64,000 nucleotides of DNA. Source: an uncultured Verrucomicrobiae bacterium (GTDB taxonomy: Bacteria; Verrucomicrobiota; Verrucomicrobiia; Chthoniobacterales; Terrimicrobiaceae). Both the position numbers and the translations under genes were made by a program. The stretch's first letter is position 1, and each line of letters opens with the position of its first letter. The stretch spans positions 32,001 through 96,000 of the forward strand of contig CAVPOC010000007.1 in NCBI GenBank assembly GCA_963706955.1. The letters are read 5' to 3'. The notes under the pieces were generated by a model. It searched no databases. It was not told the origin of the DNA and saw nothing but the letters and a program-made list of their open reading frames with translations. Of this stretch, positions 31,188 to 41,889 are shown one piece after another.

Positions 31188-32231
31188 TCAGCGGACCTCT
31201 TGCGGCAGGAGCGGCTGAAGCTTCTTGATGTCTTGGGCTGCGTCGCGATGACAGACCAGCACGGCGTCGGGCGTCTCGATGACGATCAGGTTTTCGACAC
31301 CGCAAAGGGCGATCAACCTGCCGTTGCTCAGCGCGATGTTATTCCGCGACCCCTGCTCGATGACGCCGCCGCGCACCGTATTTCCCGCTTCATCGCGTCC
31401 CAAGTGATCGGGAAGAGCGGTCCAAGAGCCGACATCGTCCCAATCGAAGGCCGCTTTAAAAGCGAGCACTTCGGAGGCTTTTTCCATGATCGCGTAGTCG
31501 ACGGAAATCTTAGGCAACTTGGCAAAGCGTTCCGCTAGATATTTGGTCGCGTCGCCCTGTGGGAAGTCGCGGATAAATTCGGCCAACGGAGGAGTAAGTC
31601 TCTCCGCTTCGCGCAGGAAGATCTCAGCTCGCCAAATAAACATTCCGGCGTTCCAAGCATATTCGCCGCTCCGATAGTACTTCTCGGCGGAAGCGAGATC
31701 CGGTTTCTCAACAAACCGAATCACTTTGTGAACCGAGTCGCTTCCCTCCCCAAGCTGGAGATATCCGAAGCCGGTCGAAGGATACGTCGGGGGGATGGCG
31801 AAGGTGATCAAGGCATCTCGCTTCGCCGCCACCTCGGCCGCAGCGGTCAGTTGTTTTTGAAAGACGGGAGTGTTGTGAATGACGGCGTCGGCTGGAAGCA
31901 GAGTGCAAATCGCGTCCTTATCGCGCGCACGGGCAAAGCCAACCGCCAGCGCGCAGGCCGGTGCGGTGTCGCGCTTCTCTGGCTCTGCGACAATGTTCTC
32001 CGGGGGAAGAAAAGGAAGTTCCTTGCGAATGGAATCCACCTGCGTCGCATTGGTCAGAATGAACACCTGATCCCACGGGACCAGGTTCTCGACTCTGCGA
32101 ACAGTGGTTTCCAAGAGCGTCCGGTCGCTCAGCAGACGCAAAAGATGCTTGGGCGTTTTCGAACGGCTGAGCGGCCAAAAGCGTTCTCCGCTCCCGCCAG
32201 CGAGAATAAAGGTGAAGAGATGATTGGACAT
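31188..32231 (-). CDS. manC: Mannose-1-phosphate guanylyltransferase
   Basis: ILAGGSGERFWPLSR, EPEKRDTAPA, FVEKP, WNAGMF, ISVDYAIMEK, WDDVGSW. Confidence 0.9.
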   Translation of the reverse strand: MSNHLFTFILAGGSGERFWPLSRSKTPKHLLRLLSDRTLLETTVRRVENLVPWDQVFILTNATQVDSIRKELPFLPPENIVAEPEKRDTAPACALAVGFARARDKDAICTLLPADAVIHNTPVFQKQLTAAAEVAAKRDALITFAIPPTYPSTGFGYLQLGEGSDSVHKVIRFVEKPDLASAEKYYRSGEYAWNAGMFIWRAEIFLREAERLTPPLAEFIRDFPQGDATKYLAERFAKLPKISVDYAIMEKASEVLAFKAAFDWDDVGSWTALPDHLGRDEAGNTVRGGVIEQGSRNNIALSNGRLIALCGVENLIVIETPDAVLVCHRDAAQDIKKLQPLLPQEVR

Positions 32232-32315
32232 GACTGTTGCAACTCCGCAAATGATGTTCGTAACGAAATGACAAAGCAAGACTTCGCTGGCCAGCGGTCT
32301 TGTGGATTGCAAAAT

Positions 32316-34905
32316 CTAGGCCGCAAGTGCGTCTCGGGCTCCGCGGAGAGCTTCGAGGCGAGCTGACCATGTTTCTAGCCGCTGGCGATGCTCGAAGACC
32401 ACTTCTGGCGGCGCGTTCAGTGTGAAAGACGCCGAGCCCAGTTTCCGTTCGACCTTTTCGATCTCAGCCTGCACCTTGCCCATTTCGCCCTCCAGCCGGC
32501 GACGCTCGGTTGAGGGATCAACCACTCCCTCGAGCGAAAGGTAAAGAATGCCGATGTCGGTGGGGCAAGCTGCTGCATGCGCCGGTCGTTGCTCGACCAA
32601 GGTAATCGACTCCGCATTCAAGAGCACCCCAAGCACGGCGACCTCGCTTTTCACCCAATCCTCGCTCGACTCGAGCAGCCAACGCAGCCGCTTACTCGAA
32701 GGCAAATTGAACGTGGCGCGGAGTGTGCGAGCCGTCACCACCGCGCGCGATAGCTCCACTGCTTTCGACTCCGCTCCGATACTTCTCGCGCCAGGCCACT
32801 GTGCAAATTGAATGGTCTCGGATCCGAAGCCCATCCCGTGCCACAGTTCTTCGGTGAGAAAAGGAGTGAACGGGTGGAGCAACAACAGAATGCGCTTGAG
32901 GGCGTAATCCATTGTCGCAAGTGTTCCAGCTTTGCGGACGGAATTATTTAAATCCGCCTTGGCAGCTTCGATAAACCAATCGCAGAATTGCGCCCAAACA
33001 AGATCGTAGAGAGCCTGCGCGATGTCGCTGAAGCGGTAATCCGCATATCCCGATTCGATGCGAGAGACCGTTGCCTCCAGTTTAAAGAGAAGGTCCTTGG
33101 CGAAGAGCGACAATTCGTGGCGAAACGGGTCGGCTTCCGGATCAACTGGCCCCTGGAGAAGCCGAAAGCGGCAGGCGTTCCACAGCTTGTTGCAAAAATT
33201 GCGTCCTTCGACGATCTGCTGCTCGTCGAAGCGGATGTCCTGACCTTGCGGTGCGATGCGCATCAGCCCGAACCGCAATCCGTCGGCCCCATATTTTGTA
33301 ATCAAGTCCAGCGGGTCCGGCGAGTTGCCGAGGCTCTTGGACATCTTGCGCCCCTGCTTATCACGTATTATTCCGGTGAAGGACACGTGATGAAAAGGGA
33401 CTTCGCCCGTATACTCCAAAGCGGCCATGATCATCCGCGCCACCCAGAAGAAGATGATGTCCGGGCCAGTGACGAGCGCGCTCGTCGGATAGAACTTTTT
33501 GCGAGTAGGTTCGTCCATGGTCTCGTGCGCCCAGAGCCACGAAGAAAACCAAGTGTCGAGCACATCCGGATCCTGAATCCATCCCTCGCCAGGGGACTCA
33601 ATCTGGCACTCCACGCATGTGGTCCCCCTCACCTTCCTTGTACCAGACGGGAATGCGGTGGCCCCACCAGAGCTGGCGTGAGATGCACCAATCCTGGATG
33701 TTCTCGAGCCAGTGATCGTAGACTTTCTCCCAGCGCTCCGGAAAAAATCGGATGGAGCCGTCACGCAGCGCGGCACGCGCTGGACCGGTCTGAGGATATT
33801 TTAAAAACCACTGCTCGGAGAGGCGCGGTTCTACGGGAACATCCGCGCGTTCGCTGAAACCCACGTTATTCTCGTATGGTTCCTCGCGAACCAGAATTCC
33901 AAGCTCACGCAATTTTTCCACGGCCTCGACGCGCGCCTCAAAACGGTCGAGACCAGCAAAGTCTTCCCCCGCCAGCTCGTTCATCGTTCCGTCCGGATTC
34001 ATGATATCGACGATCGGGAGCGCGTGGCGCAGGCCGATTTCGTAGTCCGTCTTGTCATGCGCGGGAGTCACCTTGAGGACACCGGTGCCAAACTCGAACT
34101 CTACCGCCTCGTCGCCGATGATCGGGAGCAGGGCCTGATTCTCGACAGGGAGTGGACGTCGAATCCTTCCTCCGATCAAGTGGGCATAGCGTTGGTCCCT
34201 CGGATTCACCGCGACAGCTGTGTCTCCCATGATCGTTTCCGGACGTGTCGTTGCAATCTCGAGAAACACACCCGGCGCTCCGACCACCTCGACTTTAAAA
34301 TAATAGAGATAACCCTTCTGTGCCTTCGGAATCACCTCCTCATCGCTGAGTGCAGTTAACGAGACGGGACACCAATTGACCATTCTCTTGCCGCGATAGA
34401 TCAAGCCTTTCCGGTAGAGGTCTACAAACACCTCTTGAACTCGGCGCGCGTAGGCCTCGTCCATAGTAAAACGCTCTCGGCTCCAATCGCACGAACAGCC
34501 GAGTTTCTTCAGCTGTTCGATGATGATGCCGCCGTGCTTTTCCTTCCACTCCCACACCCGCCGAAGAAACTCCGCGCGTCCGAGATCATGTCGCGTTTTT
34601 TTTTCTTCCTTGCGAAGTTTCCGCTCTACCACCGTCTGCGTCGCAATGCCGGCGTGGTCGGTGCCCGGCAGCCAGAGGACCTCGTGTCCCGTCAGACGCG
34701 CCCGGCGTGCGAGAATGTCCTGGATAGCATTGTTGAGAACATGCCCGAGGGTGAGCACGCCAGTGACATTCGGGGGCGGAATGACAATTGAGTATGCGGG
34801 CTTAGTAGAGTAAGGATCAGCCACAAAATGACCCTGCTGCAACCACCAGGCATACCACTTTTCTTCAACGGTCTGGGGTTCGTAGGCTCTTGCAAGTTCG
34901 GACAT
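32316..34905 (-). CDS. valS: Valine--tRNA ligase (frameshift near 33615, likely sequence error)
   Basis: PPPNVTG, DHAGIATQ, DWCISRQLWWGH, DVLDTWFSS, KMSKS and C-terminal coiled coil across ORFs 33598..34926 and 32316..33776. Confidence 0.93.
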
Positions 34906-35002
34906 GAAGCGTTCGATTCTGCGCAAAAACGTCCTGCATTCAACCGGCTTCTATCGTAAATTCAACTTGCAGGTGCCAGAATCCCGGTCAACTTGCAAGC
35001 GC

Positions 35003-36109
35003 GTGCGGAACGTCCTGATCATCTCCGTTTTGTTGTTTTGGGCGGCCTCGTCAGAGGCAAAATGGAATGTCGTCATTCACGATAGCAGGCGGTACGTGCC
35101 GATGGAGGATGTTGCCGCTTTCTACAAGATGAATATGCCGGCGACGAGTACGGATCGATTCCGACTCGAAGCTCCCGGGCGAAGCATCGAGGGCGCGGAC
35201 AATGGTCGCAATGTTTACGTCAACGGCGTCAAATATGCGCTCTGTTTCCCGATCGTATCTCAAGGCGGTCAAACGCTCATTTCAGCGATGGACGTCGTCA
35301 AAATCATCGAACCGATTCTTCGTCCGCAGAAAATCAAGAATGCCGGCCCGGTCCGCACGGTGATTCTCGACGCCGGCCATGGAGGGATCGACAGCGGAGC
35401 CACCGGAGCGCTGGGAAGGGAAAAGGATGCGACACTTGACGTGGTCGTTCGCGCGAAAAAGCTTCTCCAGGAGAATGGCTATCAAGTGCGCTGCACGCGG
35501 CTAACTGATTTCCTGGTTCCCCTGGAGAAACGCGCACAATTCGCCAACCGCCATGCCAACGCTATCTTCGTAAGCGTCCATTTCAACAAGAGCAATCGAC
35601 GCGAGGCGACCGGTTTGGAAACTTACTGTCTCGCACCCCGCGGGGTTCCCTCGATGGATGAAGAGAATTTGAGTTACAGCGACTATGTCCAGCATCCTGG
35701 CCACGCGAACGATCCCGCCAATGTTGCCCTGGCCACCACTGTTCACGCGGCCCTGGTGCGCAATTTGGGTTTGACCGATCGTGGGGTGAAACGAGCGCGG
35801 TTTGTGGTCATCAAAAACGTCACCATTCCCGGCATTCTCATCGAAGGCGGGTTCATGAGCGGAACGCCGGATGCCCGACTTATTGCTACGCCCGAATACC
35901 GGCAACGCATCGCGCAATGCATCCTGGACGGCGTCAATCGGTACAAAGAAGCCCTTACCAATCAGGCGCTAAAACCGTCTGCGGTCGTTGCTGCGACCGA
36001 TCCGACGAGCGTGCCGAACCTCGACCGTGCGGTCGGTACGCAGACCGGAATGGAACCCTCGGTCGCACAAGCTCAGGACGCTCTCCAATCTTCTGGCAGC
36101 GGCAACTAA
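35003..36109 (+). CDS. N-acetylmuramoyl-L-alanine amidase (Amidase_3)
   Basis: Signal peptide from GTG 35003, ILDAGHGG, FVSVHFN, ILIEGGFM. Confidence 0.88.
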   Translation: MRNVLIISVLLFWAASSEAKWNVVIHDSRRYVPMEDVAAFYKMNMPATSTDRFRLEAPGRSIEGADNGRNVYVNGVKYALCFPIVSQGGQTLISAMDVVKIIEPILRPQKIKNAGPVRTVILDAGHGGIDSGATGALGREKDATLDVVVRAKKLLQENGYQVRCTRLTDFLVPLEKRAQFANRHANAIFVSVHFNKSNRREATGLETYCLAPRGVPSMDEENLSYSDYVQHPGHANDPANVALATTVHAALVRNLGLTDRGVKRARFVVIKNVTIPGILIEGGFMSGTPDARLIATPEYRQRIAQCILDGVNRYKEALTNQALKPSAVVAATDPTSVPNLDRAVGTQTGMEPSVAQAQDALQSSGSGN

Positions 36110-36244
36110 GATCGATCTGCTGAAAGTTCTGCAGAGGATCGTTCGGCCAGATCTTCATCGTCCTCGTCTGATGCCCTAGAGGGTCGGCGGCGGCTTGCGA
36201 TTGGAAGCGAGGTTCCTTACGCTGCACGATCGCACTAGATTTCC

Positions 36245-37075
36245 ATGGACACCGACGCTCCTTCCGACCCGAGTCTTGATCCCATTGGCGTATTCGATTC
36301 GGGAATCGGCGGACTGACGGTGGCGGCGGCGCTGAAGAACCTGCTGCCCTCCGAAGCAATTCTCTATATAGGCGACACCGCCCGCGTTCCCTATGGAGGC
36401 AAGAGCCGGCGAACCGTCGAGCGTTACAGCATTGAAATCGGAGGACTGCTCCTCGCAGAACAAGCAAAGATCATCGTTGTCGCTTGCAATACTGCCTCCG
36501 CGCTGGCTGTGCCTCGCATGAAGGAACTCTTCAAGGTTCCCGTGCAAGGGGTCGTCACCCCTGGTGCTGAAGCCGCTCTACGCGCCACTCGCAACCGTCG
36601 CATCGGTGTGATCGGAACGCGCGCCACAATCGCCAGCGGAGCCTATGAACGCGCCATCCACGCTCTCGATAGAAAAGCGAAGGTTTTCAGTGAGGCGTGC
36701 CCGCTTTTGGTGCCACTGATCGAAGAGGGAATGTTTGACGATCCGATCACCGATCAAGTAATCGATCGCTATCTTAAATCTCTGCTCGCTGAGGACATCG
36801 ATACCCTCGTCCTGGGTTGCACGCACTACCCGCTGGCACGCGAAGCGATCGCCAGGGTCGCGGGCGAAAAAATTCATCTGGTCGATTCGGCCGAGAATTG
36901 CGCCCTGGCGGTCAGGGATCTGCTCACGGAGCAGCGACTGGCCGCACCGGCCGAGCAATTGGGACGACTTGATGTGGCGCTGACCGATTCAACCGAGGGC
37001 TTTCTTCGCACTGCCGAGCGAGCCCTTGAGCTGGATATCGGCGACGTCGAGCTGCGCATGGTCCAGTCAGAATAA
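36245..37075 (+). CDS. murI: Glutamate racemase
   Basis: IGVFDSGIGGLTV, PYG, ACNTAS, LGCTHYP. Confidence 0.95.
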   Translation: MDTDAPSDPSLDPIGVFDSGIGGLTVAAALKNLLPSEAILYIGDTARVPYGGKSRRTVERYSIEIGGLLLAEQAKIIVVACNTASALAVPRMKELFKVPVQGVVTPGAEAALRATRNRRIGVIGTRATIASGAYERAIHALDRKAKVFSEACPLLVPLIEEGMFDDPITDQVIDRYLKSLLAEDIDTLVLGCTHYPLAREAIARVAGEKIHLVDSAENCALAVRDLLTEQRLAAPAEQLGRLDVALTDSTEGFLRTAERALELDIGDVELRMVQSE

Positions 37076-37156
37076 GGCTCGAAAGCACAGAAAATTCCCG
37101 GGTCGCCTGGGCGCTCGCTATGGACAACACGCGTTGGCGATGCCAAAATTCGGATC

Positions 37157-38248
37157 ATGGAAGCCAGTGTGGCCGAAAAGGACGTTGTGGATCGAGTCCT
37201 CGATGGGGAGAGAATTTCTCGAGATGACGCCCGGGCGCTCTACCAATTGCCCTTGCAGGAACTCGGGGCGCTCGCTGACTTCCGCCGTTCCGCTGTCAAG
37301 GACAGCGCCTACGATGGTCGCGGTGCGGAGATTGTCACCTACATTGTTGATCGCAACATCAACTACACAAACGTTTGCAACGTCTACTGCAAATTCTGCG
37401 CCTTTTACAGAACCGAACGGGACGAGGATCATTACGTTCTCAGCATCGAGCAGATTGACCAGAAGCTCGATGAACTCGCGGCTGAGGGAGGTGTGCAGGT
37501 GCTTCTTCAGGGGGGCCACCATCCAAAATTGGGCATCGACTTCTATCTGGAGATGCTTTCGCACATCCGCGCGAAATATCCGCAAATCAACATTCATGGG
37601 TTCAGCCCTCCGGAGTTCAACCACTTTTCGCAGGTTTTTCGGATGCCCCTCCGTGAAGTGATCGCTCGATTTCAGGAGGCTGGTTTAGGTTCGATCCCTG
37701 GCGGCGGTGGCGAGATCCTGGTGGACCGGGTCCGCGATCGAATCGCTCCTCTCAAGTGTAAGACCGATCAATGGCTGGAGGTGATGCGTATTGGCCATGA
37801 ACTTGGCCTGCGCTCGAGCGCGACGATGATGTTCGGCCATGTCGAGAGTGTCGACGACCGAATCGAACACCTTCAGCGCCTGCGAGACACACAGGATGAA
37901 ACCGGCGGCTTTACCGCCTTTATCTGCTGGACTTTCCAGCCCGAGAACACCCGATTGAAAGCCGAGACCGTTACATCCGCAGAGTATTTGCGGATGCAAG
38001 CTCTCTCGCGCATCTTTCTGGATAACTTCGAGAACGTGCAGAGTTCCTGGGTGACACAGGGACCGAAGATCGGCCAGATTGCGCTGAAGTTTGGAGCCAA
38101 CGACTTCGGCAGCGTGATGATGGAGGAGAACGTAGTCTCAAGTGCTGGCACTACCTTCCGCCTCAATGCCGGAGATATCGAGCACCTTATTCGCGAGGCC
38201 GGTTATCAGCCGCATCGCCGCAGCACCTGGTATCAGCTGCTCAACTAG
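37157..38248 (+). CDS. mqnC: Cyclic dehypoxanthinyl futalosine synthase (radical SAM)
   Basis: RNINYTNVCNVYCKFCAF, QGGHHP, PGGGGEIL, QSSWVTQG, GANDFGSVMMEENVV. Confidence 0.88.
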   Translation: MEASVAEKDVVDRVLDGERISRDDARALYQLPLQELGALADFRRSAVKDSAYDGRGAEIVTYIVDRNINYTNVCNVYCKFCAFYRTERDEDHYVLSIEQIDQKLDELAAEGGVQVLLQGGHHPKLGIDFYLEMLSHIRAKYPQINIHGFSPPEFNHFSQVFRMPLREVIARFQEAGLGSIPGGGGEILVDRVRDRIAPLKCKTDQWLEVMRIGHELGLRSSATMMFGHVESVDDRIEHLQRLRDTQDETGGFTAFICWTFQPENTRLKAETVTSAEYLRMQALSRIFLDNFENVQSSWVTQGPKIGQIALKFGANDFGSVMMEENVVSSAGTTFRLNAGDIEHLIREAGYQPHRRSTWYQLLN

Positions 38249-38294
38249 AGTGGTTCTCCTCGAAAACGTCCTAGTAAGTTGGACGGCTGTTGCT

Positions 38295-38409
38295 GTAGCG
38301 GCGGTGTCCCCACCGCCGAGGGAGCTATCAACGAGGCGCTCCAAAGGCCCTCGGCGATGGGGACATCGCCGCTACAGAGAGCCCTCGACGGTGGGGACAC
38401 CGTCGCGAC
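38295..38409. repeat. REP triplet, family A
   Basis: GTAG-CGGCGGTG-TCCC-CACCGCCG (38295-38318); inverted CGGCGATG-GGGA-CATCGCCG-CTAC (38352-38375); inverted CGACGGTG-GGGA-CACCGTCG-CGAC (38386-38409). Confidence 0.9.
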
Positions 38410-38457
38410 ACATGACGCGACCCTCTCCGCTCTCAAGCGTTACTCTCGGTGCATTGA

Positions 38458-39498
38458 ATGTCTGAGCCCGGACGAAAGACCATCTCTCAGCTCCGCGCCG
38501 AAGCGAGAAATGGCGCCCTGGTGGCGCGGATTCATGCCCAAATCGAAGAGATTGTGCGCAAGGATGCGAGCAATGGAAAACCGTTCTGGGAGGTGCGAAT
38601 CCGCGATGCTGCGGATTCCATGACCCTGAAAGCTTGGAGCGACTCTCCAAATTTCAGCACCTGCGAAGGACTCGAACGCGGCATGCCCGTGGCCATTGAG
38701 GGCGAATTTTCTGTGGGAATCTTCGGTCTGGATGCGAAAAGATGGTCAGTTCTGGCGCTCCCTGAAAATGAGGCCCAGGAACTACTCCAGGGTGACGAGA
38801 CCGAGCGGGCGGCAGCTCAAGCCGAGTTCGATTTGATCCAGCAGAAGCTCAACAGTGTGACGGATCCCAGGCTGCGCGCGCTAACGGAAGCTTTCCTGGC
38901 GGAGTTCGGCTCGCGCTTTCGTCGCGCTGCCGCGGCACGCCGCAACCATCATGCCTTTCGGGGCGGTCTCCTTCGGCATACGGCGCAGATGATGAGGTGC
39001 GCCGATGCCATTTGCGCAGCCTACCCCACTCTTAATCGTGACCTATTGATCGCCGGTGTTCTGGTTCACGACTGCGGTAAGCTCTGGGAAATGTGCCCGT
39101 CGGAAACGAGTTTCGAAATCCCGCGAGATCTTCGTGGCGAGCTCCTCGGACACATCAGCATAGGCATCGAGGTCGTTAACGCGCTTTGGCGCAAGCTCCC
39201 GCTGGAGAACTGGAAAGATCTGACGCCACCTTCAGAGGAAGTTCGGCTTCACCTGCTCCATCTGATCGCCGCCCACCATGGAGAACTTCAATTCGGCTCT
39301 CCGGTCGAGCCGAAGACGCCTGAAGCTATTGCTCTCCATTTCATAGACAACCTCGACGCGCGGCTGGAGATGATCTTTTCCTCTTACCGGCGGCTGGTTG
39401 AAGTCGCGCCGGGCGTTTTCGAGCGAGTTCGCGGGCTGAACGTTTCTCCGGTGCGAGCACTTCCCGCCTCTGGTCCGCCGAAGGAGCAGCCCGGCTAG
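38458..39498 (+). CDS. OB-fold + HD-domain 3'-5' exoribonuclease (YhaM/Cbf1-like)
   Basis: AAARRNHHAFRGGLLRH, VHDCGK, LLGHI, AHHG, IDNLDA. Confidence 0.85.
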   Translation: MSEPGRKTISQLRAEARNGALVARIHAQIEEIVRKDASNGKPFWEVRIRDAADSMTLKAWSDSPNFSTCEGLERGMPVAIEGEFSVGIFGLDAKRWSVLALPENEAQELLQGDETERAAAQAEFDLIQQKLNSVTDPRLRALTEAFLAEFGSRFRRAAAARRNHHAFRGGLLRHTAQMMRCADAICAAYPTLNRDLLIAGVLVHDCGKLWEMCPSETSFEIPRDLRGELLGHISIGIEVVNALWRKLPLENWKDLTPPSEEVRLHLLHLIAAHHGELQFGSPVEPKTPEAIALHFIDNLDARLEMIFSSYRRLVEVAPGVFERVRGLNVSPVRALPASGPPKEQPG

Positions 39499-40199
39499 CC
39501 AGCTTTCCGATCCGCCATGGAAAGAAAACGCGCCGCCATTACGACCAATAGCGACACAGGGAGAAGCAAAACGCCCGCTCGGAAGGCAAGCAACCCGGCG
39601 CTGCCCGATAAAGCGCCCAGGAGATAGCACAGCCAGAGCCGGGCGGCACGGCCGGCTGTGCGGCTGTCCGCTCCGCTTTCCTCGCGGCTGATGACAGCCA
39701 AGGCCACCGACTTCGCTAGAGTATCAAGCACCCCCGTGATGTAGGTGCTTGGAAATGCCGAGCGGCCAACTTCGCGCAGCGTGGCATTCTGCAAACCCAT
39801 GGCCAGAAGGGGCAGCGCCGCAAATCCAAAATAGGCCAAAGAGTTGCGCTCGGGAGAACCGTCCCGAGCGAAGAGCAAAGCGAACAGCGCGAGTAAGAGC
39901 GCCTCAATCAATAGAATCGATGCACAACGCCGATAAGTAGGAGCACGCAAGATCCAGAGATAACCGGCGAAAAGCCCGACCAGAAAGAGAGGCACAGCGA
40001 AGAGATGCGGCAACCCTGTCCGCCAATCGCCATGACCAAAGGCAGCTCCAAGTGCGGCGCTATTGCCACTCATGTGCGAGACAAAAAGCCCACCGAGAGT
40101 CAAAACGCCAATCGCGTCAATGCATCCGCCAACGCCCGAGAGGAAAAAGGCCTCGGTGGCTGCGAACACCGGTGCATGGCTGCCTCTTGTCGCAGACAT
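39495..40199 (-). CDS. YoaK/DUF1275-family membrane protein
   Basis: FVSHMSGN, AMGLQNA, TYITG motifs; hydrophobic. Confidence 0.82.
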   Translation of the reverse strand: MSATRGSHAPVFAATEAFFLSGVGGCIDAIGVLTLGGLFVSHMSGNSAALGAAFGHGDWRTGLPHLFAVPLFLVGLFAGYLWILRAPTYRRCASILLIEALLLALFALLFARDGSPERNSLAYFGFAALPLLAMGLQNATLREVGRSAFPSTYITGVLDTLAKSVALAVISREESGADSRTAGRAARLWLCYLLGALSGSAGLLAFRAGVLLLPVSLLVVMAARFLSMADRKAG

Positions 40200-40203
40200 C
40201 CGA

Positions 40204-41121
40204 CTATCGGGAACTGGCCTCCGGCGGTGGCCGGTCTTTGTACCAGAGAATTCCACTGCGTCGCAAATTCGAAACCAGGGCCCGTAAGTTTTCGGCCATC
40301 TCGCGATCGGAGATGAGCGCGGCGAGCGCGCCCCTTCCCTGTTTCGCTTGCTGAATAAGTGAGCGGAGATCACCGATGGCCTTCTTGAGGTCATCGGCGG
40401 CACTCTTGGCCGAGGTAAACGTCTGATTAGCGGAGGTGAACGTCTCATTGGCCGAGGTGAAGGTCTGTTTCCCGGAATCGATCGCTTCCCCAGCCTTTTT
40501 TACCACGCCGTCAATCTTCTGGGAGGCTTCCGAGACGGCCGTGCTGGCTTCTTTGAGGTTCGCGAGAGTCGTGCTCAGATTCGCAATTGTCGTATCCTTG
40601 AAGACTTCGGTGTTCAGCTTTTCGGCAACTTTGTTGATATTGCCCACCGCGGTTTGGACGTCCGTCAGGAGCGACGCAGCCTGCTCGAAGACATCGCCCA
40701 TGCCTGCTTCACTCTTCCCCTGGATGACCGCGCCTGGGGCAATCGGCGGTGCCGACTTGGCATCCTTACCGAGAACGATCTGGATGAAACGGTCGCCAAG
40801 AAGACCCGAGCTGCCAATGGTGAACTCCGCAGCGGTAGGAATTTTAACCTCCTCGTAAATCCTTAAATCTATGTAAACGCCATCCATGTCCGGCAGGATC
40901 ACGGGATTGTTCTCGACGGAACCGATCTTAGCACCTGCCAGAAGGACGCTGGCTCCCTTGTAGATTCCGCTCGCGTTCGCATATTCGACGCGAATTCTGT
41001 AGGCACCATGAATGCTTTCTCCAAAGCGTCCGAAGTAGACCACCATCAGTCCTATGGCGAGCAGACCGATTGCCATGAAGATGCCCACTCGCAACTGTGA
41101 TGCACGTTCTTTGGAGGTCAT
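40204..41121 (-). CDS. mlaD: MCE/MlaD-family lipid transport protein
   Basis: N-terminal TM segment, GASVLLAGAKIGSV, SGLLGDRFI, helical C-terminus. Confidence 0.85.
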   Translation of the reverse strand: MTSKERASQLRVGIFMAIGLLAIGLMVVYFGRFGESIHGAYRIRVEYANASGIYKGASVLLAGAKIGSVENNPVILPDMDGVYIDLRIYEEVKIPTAAEFTIGSSGLLGDRFIQIVLGKDAKSAPPIAPGAVIQGKSEAGMGDVFEQAASLLTDVQTAVGNINKVAEKLNTEVFKDTTIANLSTTLANLKEASTAVSEASQKIDGVVKKAGEAIDSGKQTFTSANETFTSANQTFTSAKSAADDLKKAIGDLRSLIQQAKQGRGALAALISDREMAENLRALVSNLRRSGILWYKDRPPPEASSR

Positions 41122-41127
41122 AAGGCT

Positions 41128-41889
41128 CTAATCTTCGCCGTCCTCCGAATGTCCGTCCACAAAATCCCTAACGATGGAATCTTGGGTAGCATGCAGATCA
41201 TCGAGTGTCCCGTAGAAATGGCGCCGGCCTTCGTTGAGCAAGGCAACCCGATCAGCGATCCGATTGCAACTGGTCAAATCATGCGTGACAACAACCGAGG
41301 TGACCGAAAGTTGCTCTTGGAGTCTTCGAATCAGCCGATTAATACTGTCGGAGACGATCGGATCGAGGCCGGCAGTCGGTTCGTCGTAGAGGATGACCTG
41401 CGGAGGGGAGATAATTGCACGGGCGAGGGCCACGCGCTTGCGCATGCCGCCGCTCAGATTCACAGGCATTTTCTTGTCGTGGCCGCTCATGTTTACGAGG
41501 GCGAGCGCTTCGTGCACTTTCTGCCGGACAACCTTCTCGTTCTTTTCACCGCGCTCTTGAAGGGGAAAGGCGACATTGTCATACACGGTTAACGAATCGA
41601 AAAGCGCGCCATCCTGAAAGAGCATGCCGATCTTGCGGCGCACCGGCGCGAGTTGGCGCTCATCCAAGTGCGCGATGTCCTCTCCCTCAAAGAGGATCTC
41701 CCCGGAGATCGGTTTCATCAAGCCAATCAAATGACGGAGAAAGACGCTTTTACCCCCGCCGCTTTTCCCGAGGAGCACCAACGTTTCGCCTTGAAAAATG
41801 TCGAGCGAAAATCCCCGGAGGATCTCCTGCTTGCCGATCTTTTGCACGAGATCGCGCACGGAGATGAGAGGCTCTACTTCTTCGCTCAT
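41128..41889 (-). CDS. mlaF: MlaF-type ABC ATP-binding protein
   Basis: GKSGGGKS, LFQDGALFDS, LSGGMRKRVALARA, YDEPTAGLDP. Confidence 0.88.
   Translation of the reverse strand: MSEEVEPLISVRDLVQKIGKQEILRGFSLDIFQGETLVLLGKSGGGKSVFLRHLIGLMKPISGEILFEGEDIAHLDERQLAPVRRKIGMLFQDGALFDSLTVYDNVAFPLQERGEKNEKVVRQKVHEALALVNMSGHDKKMPVNLSGGMRKRVALARAIISPPQVILYDEPTAGLDPIVSDSINRLIRRLQEQLSVTSVVVTHDLTSCNRIADRVALLNEGRRHFYGTLDDLHATQDSIVRDFVDGHSEDGED

Noticed and set aside
33598..33640. Programmed frameshift or natural split of valS
   Set aside because: No clear slippery heptamer or stimulatory structure; similar indels occur throughout the window, so sequencing error is more likely
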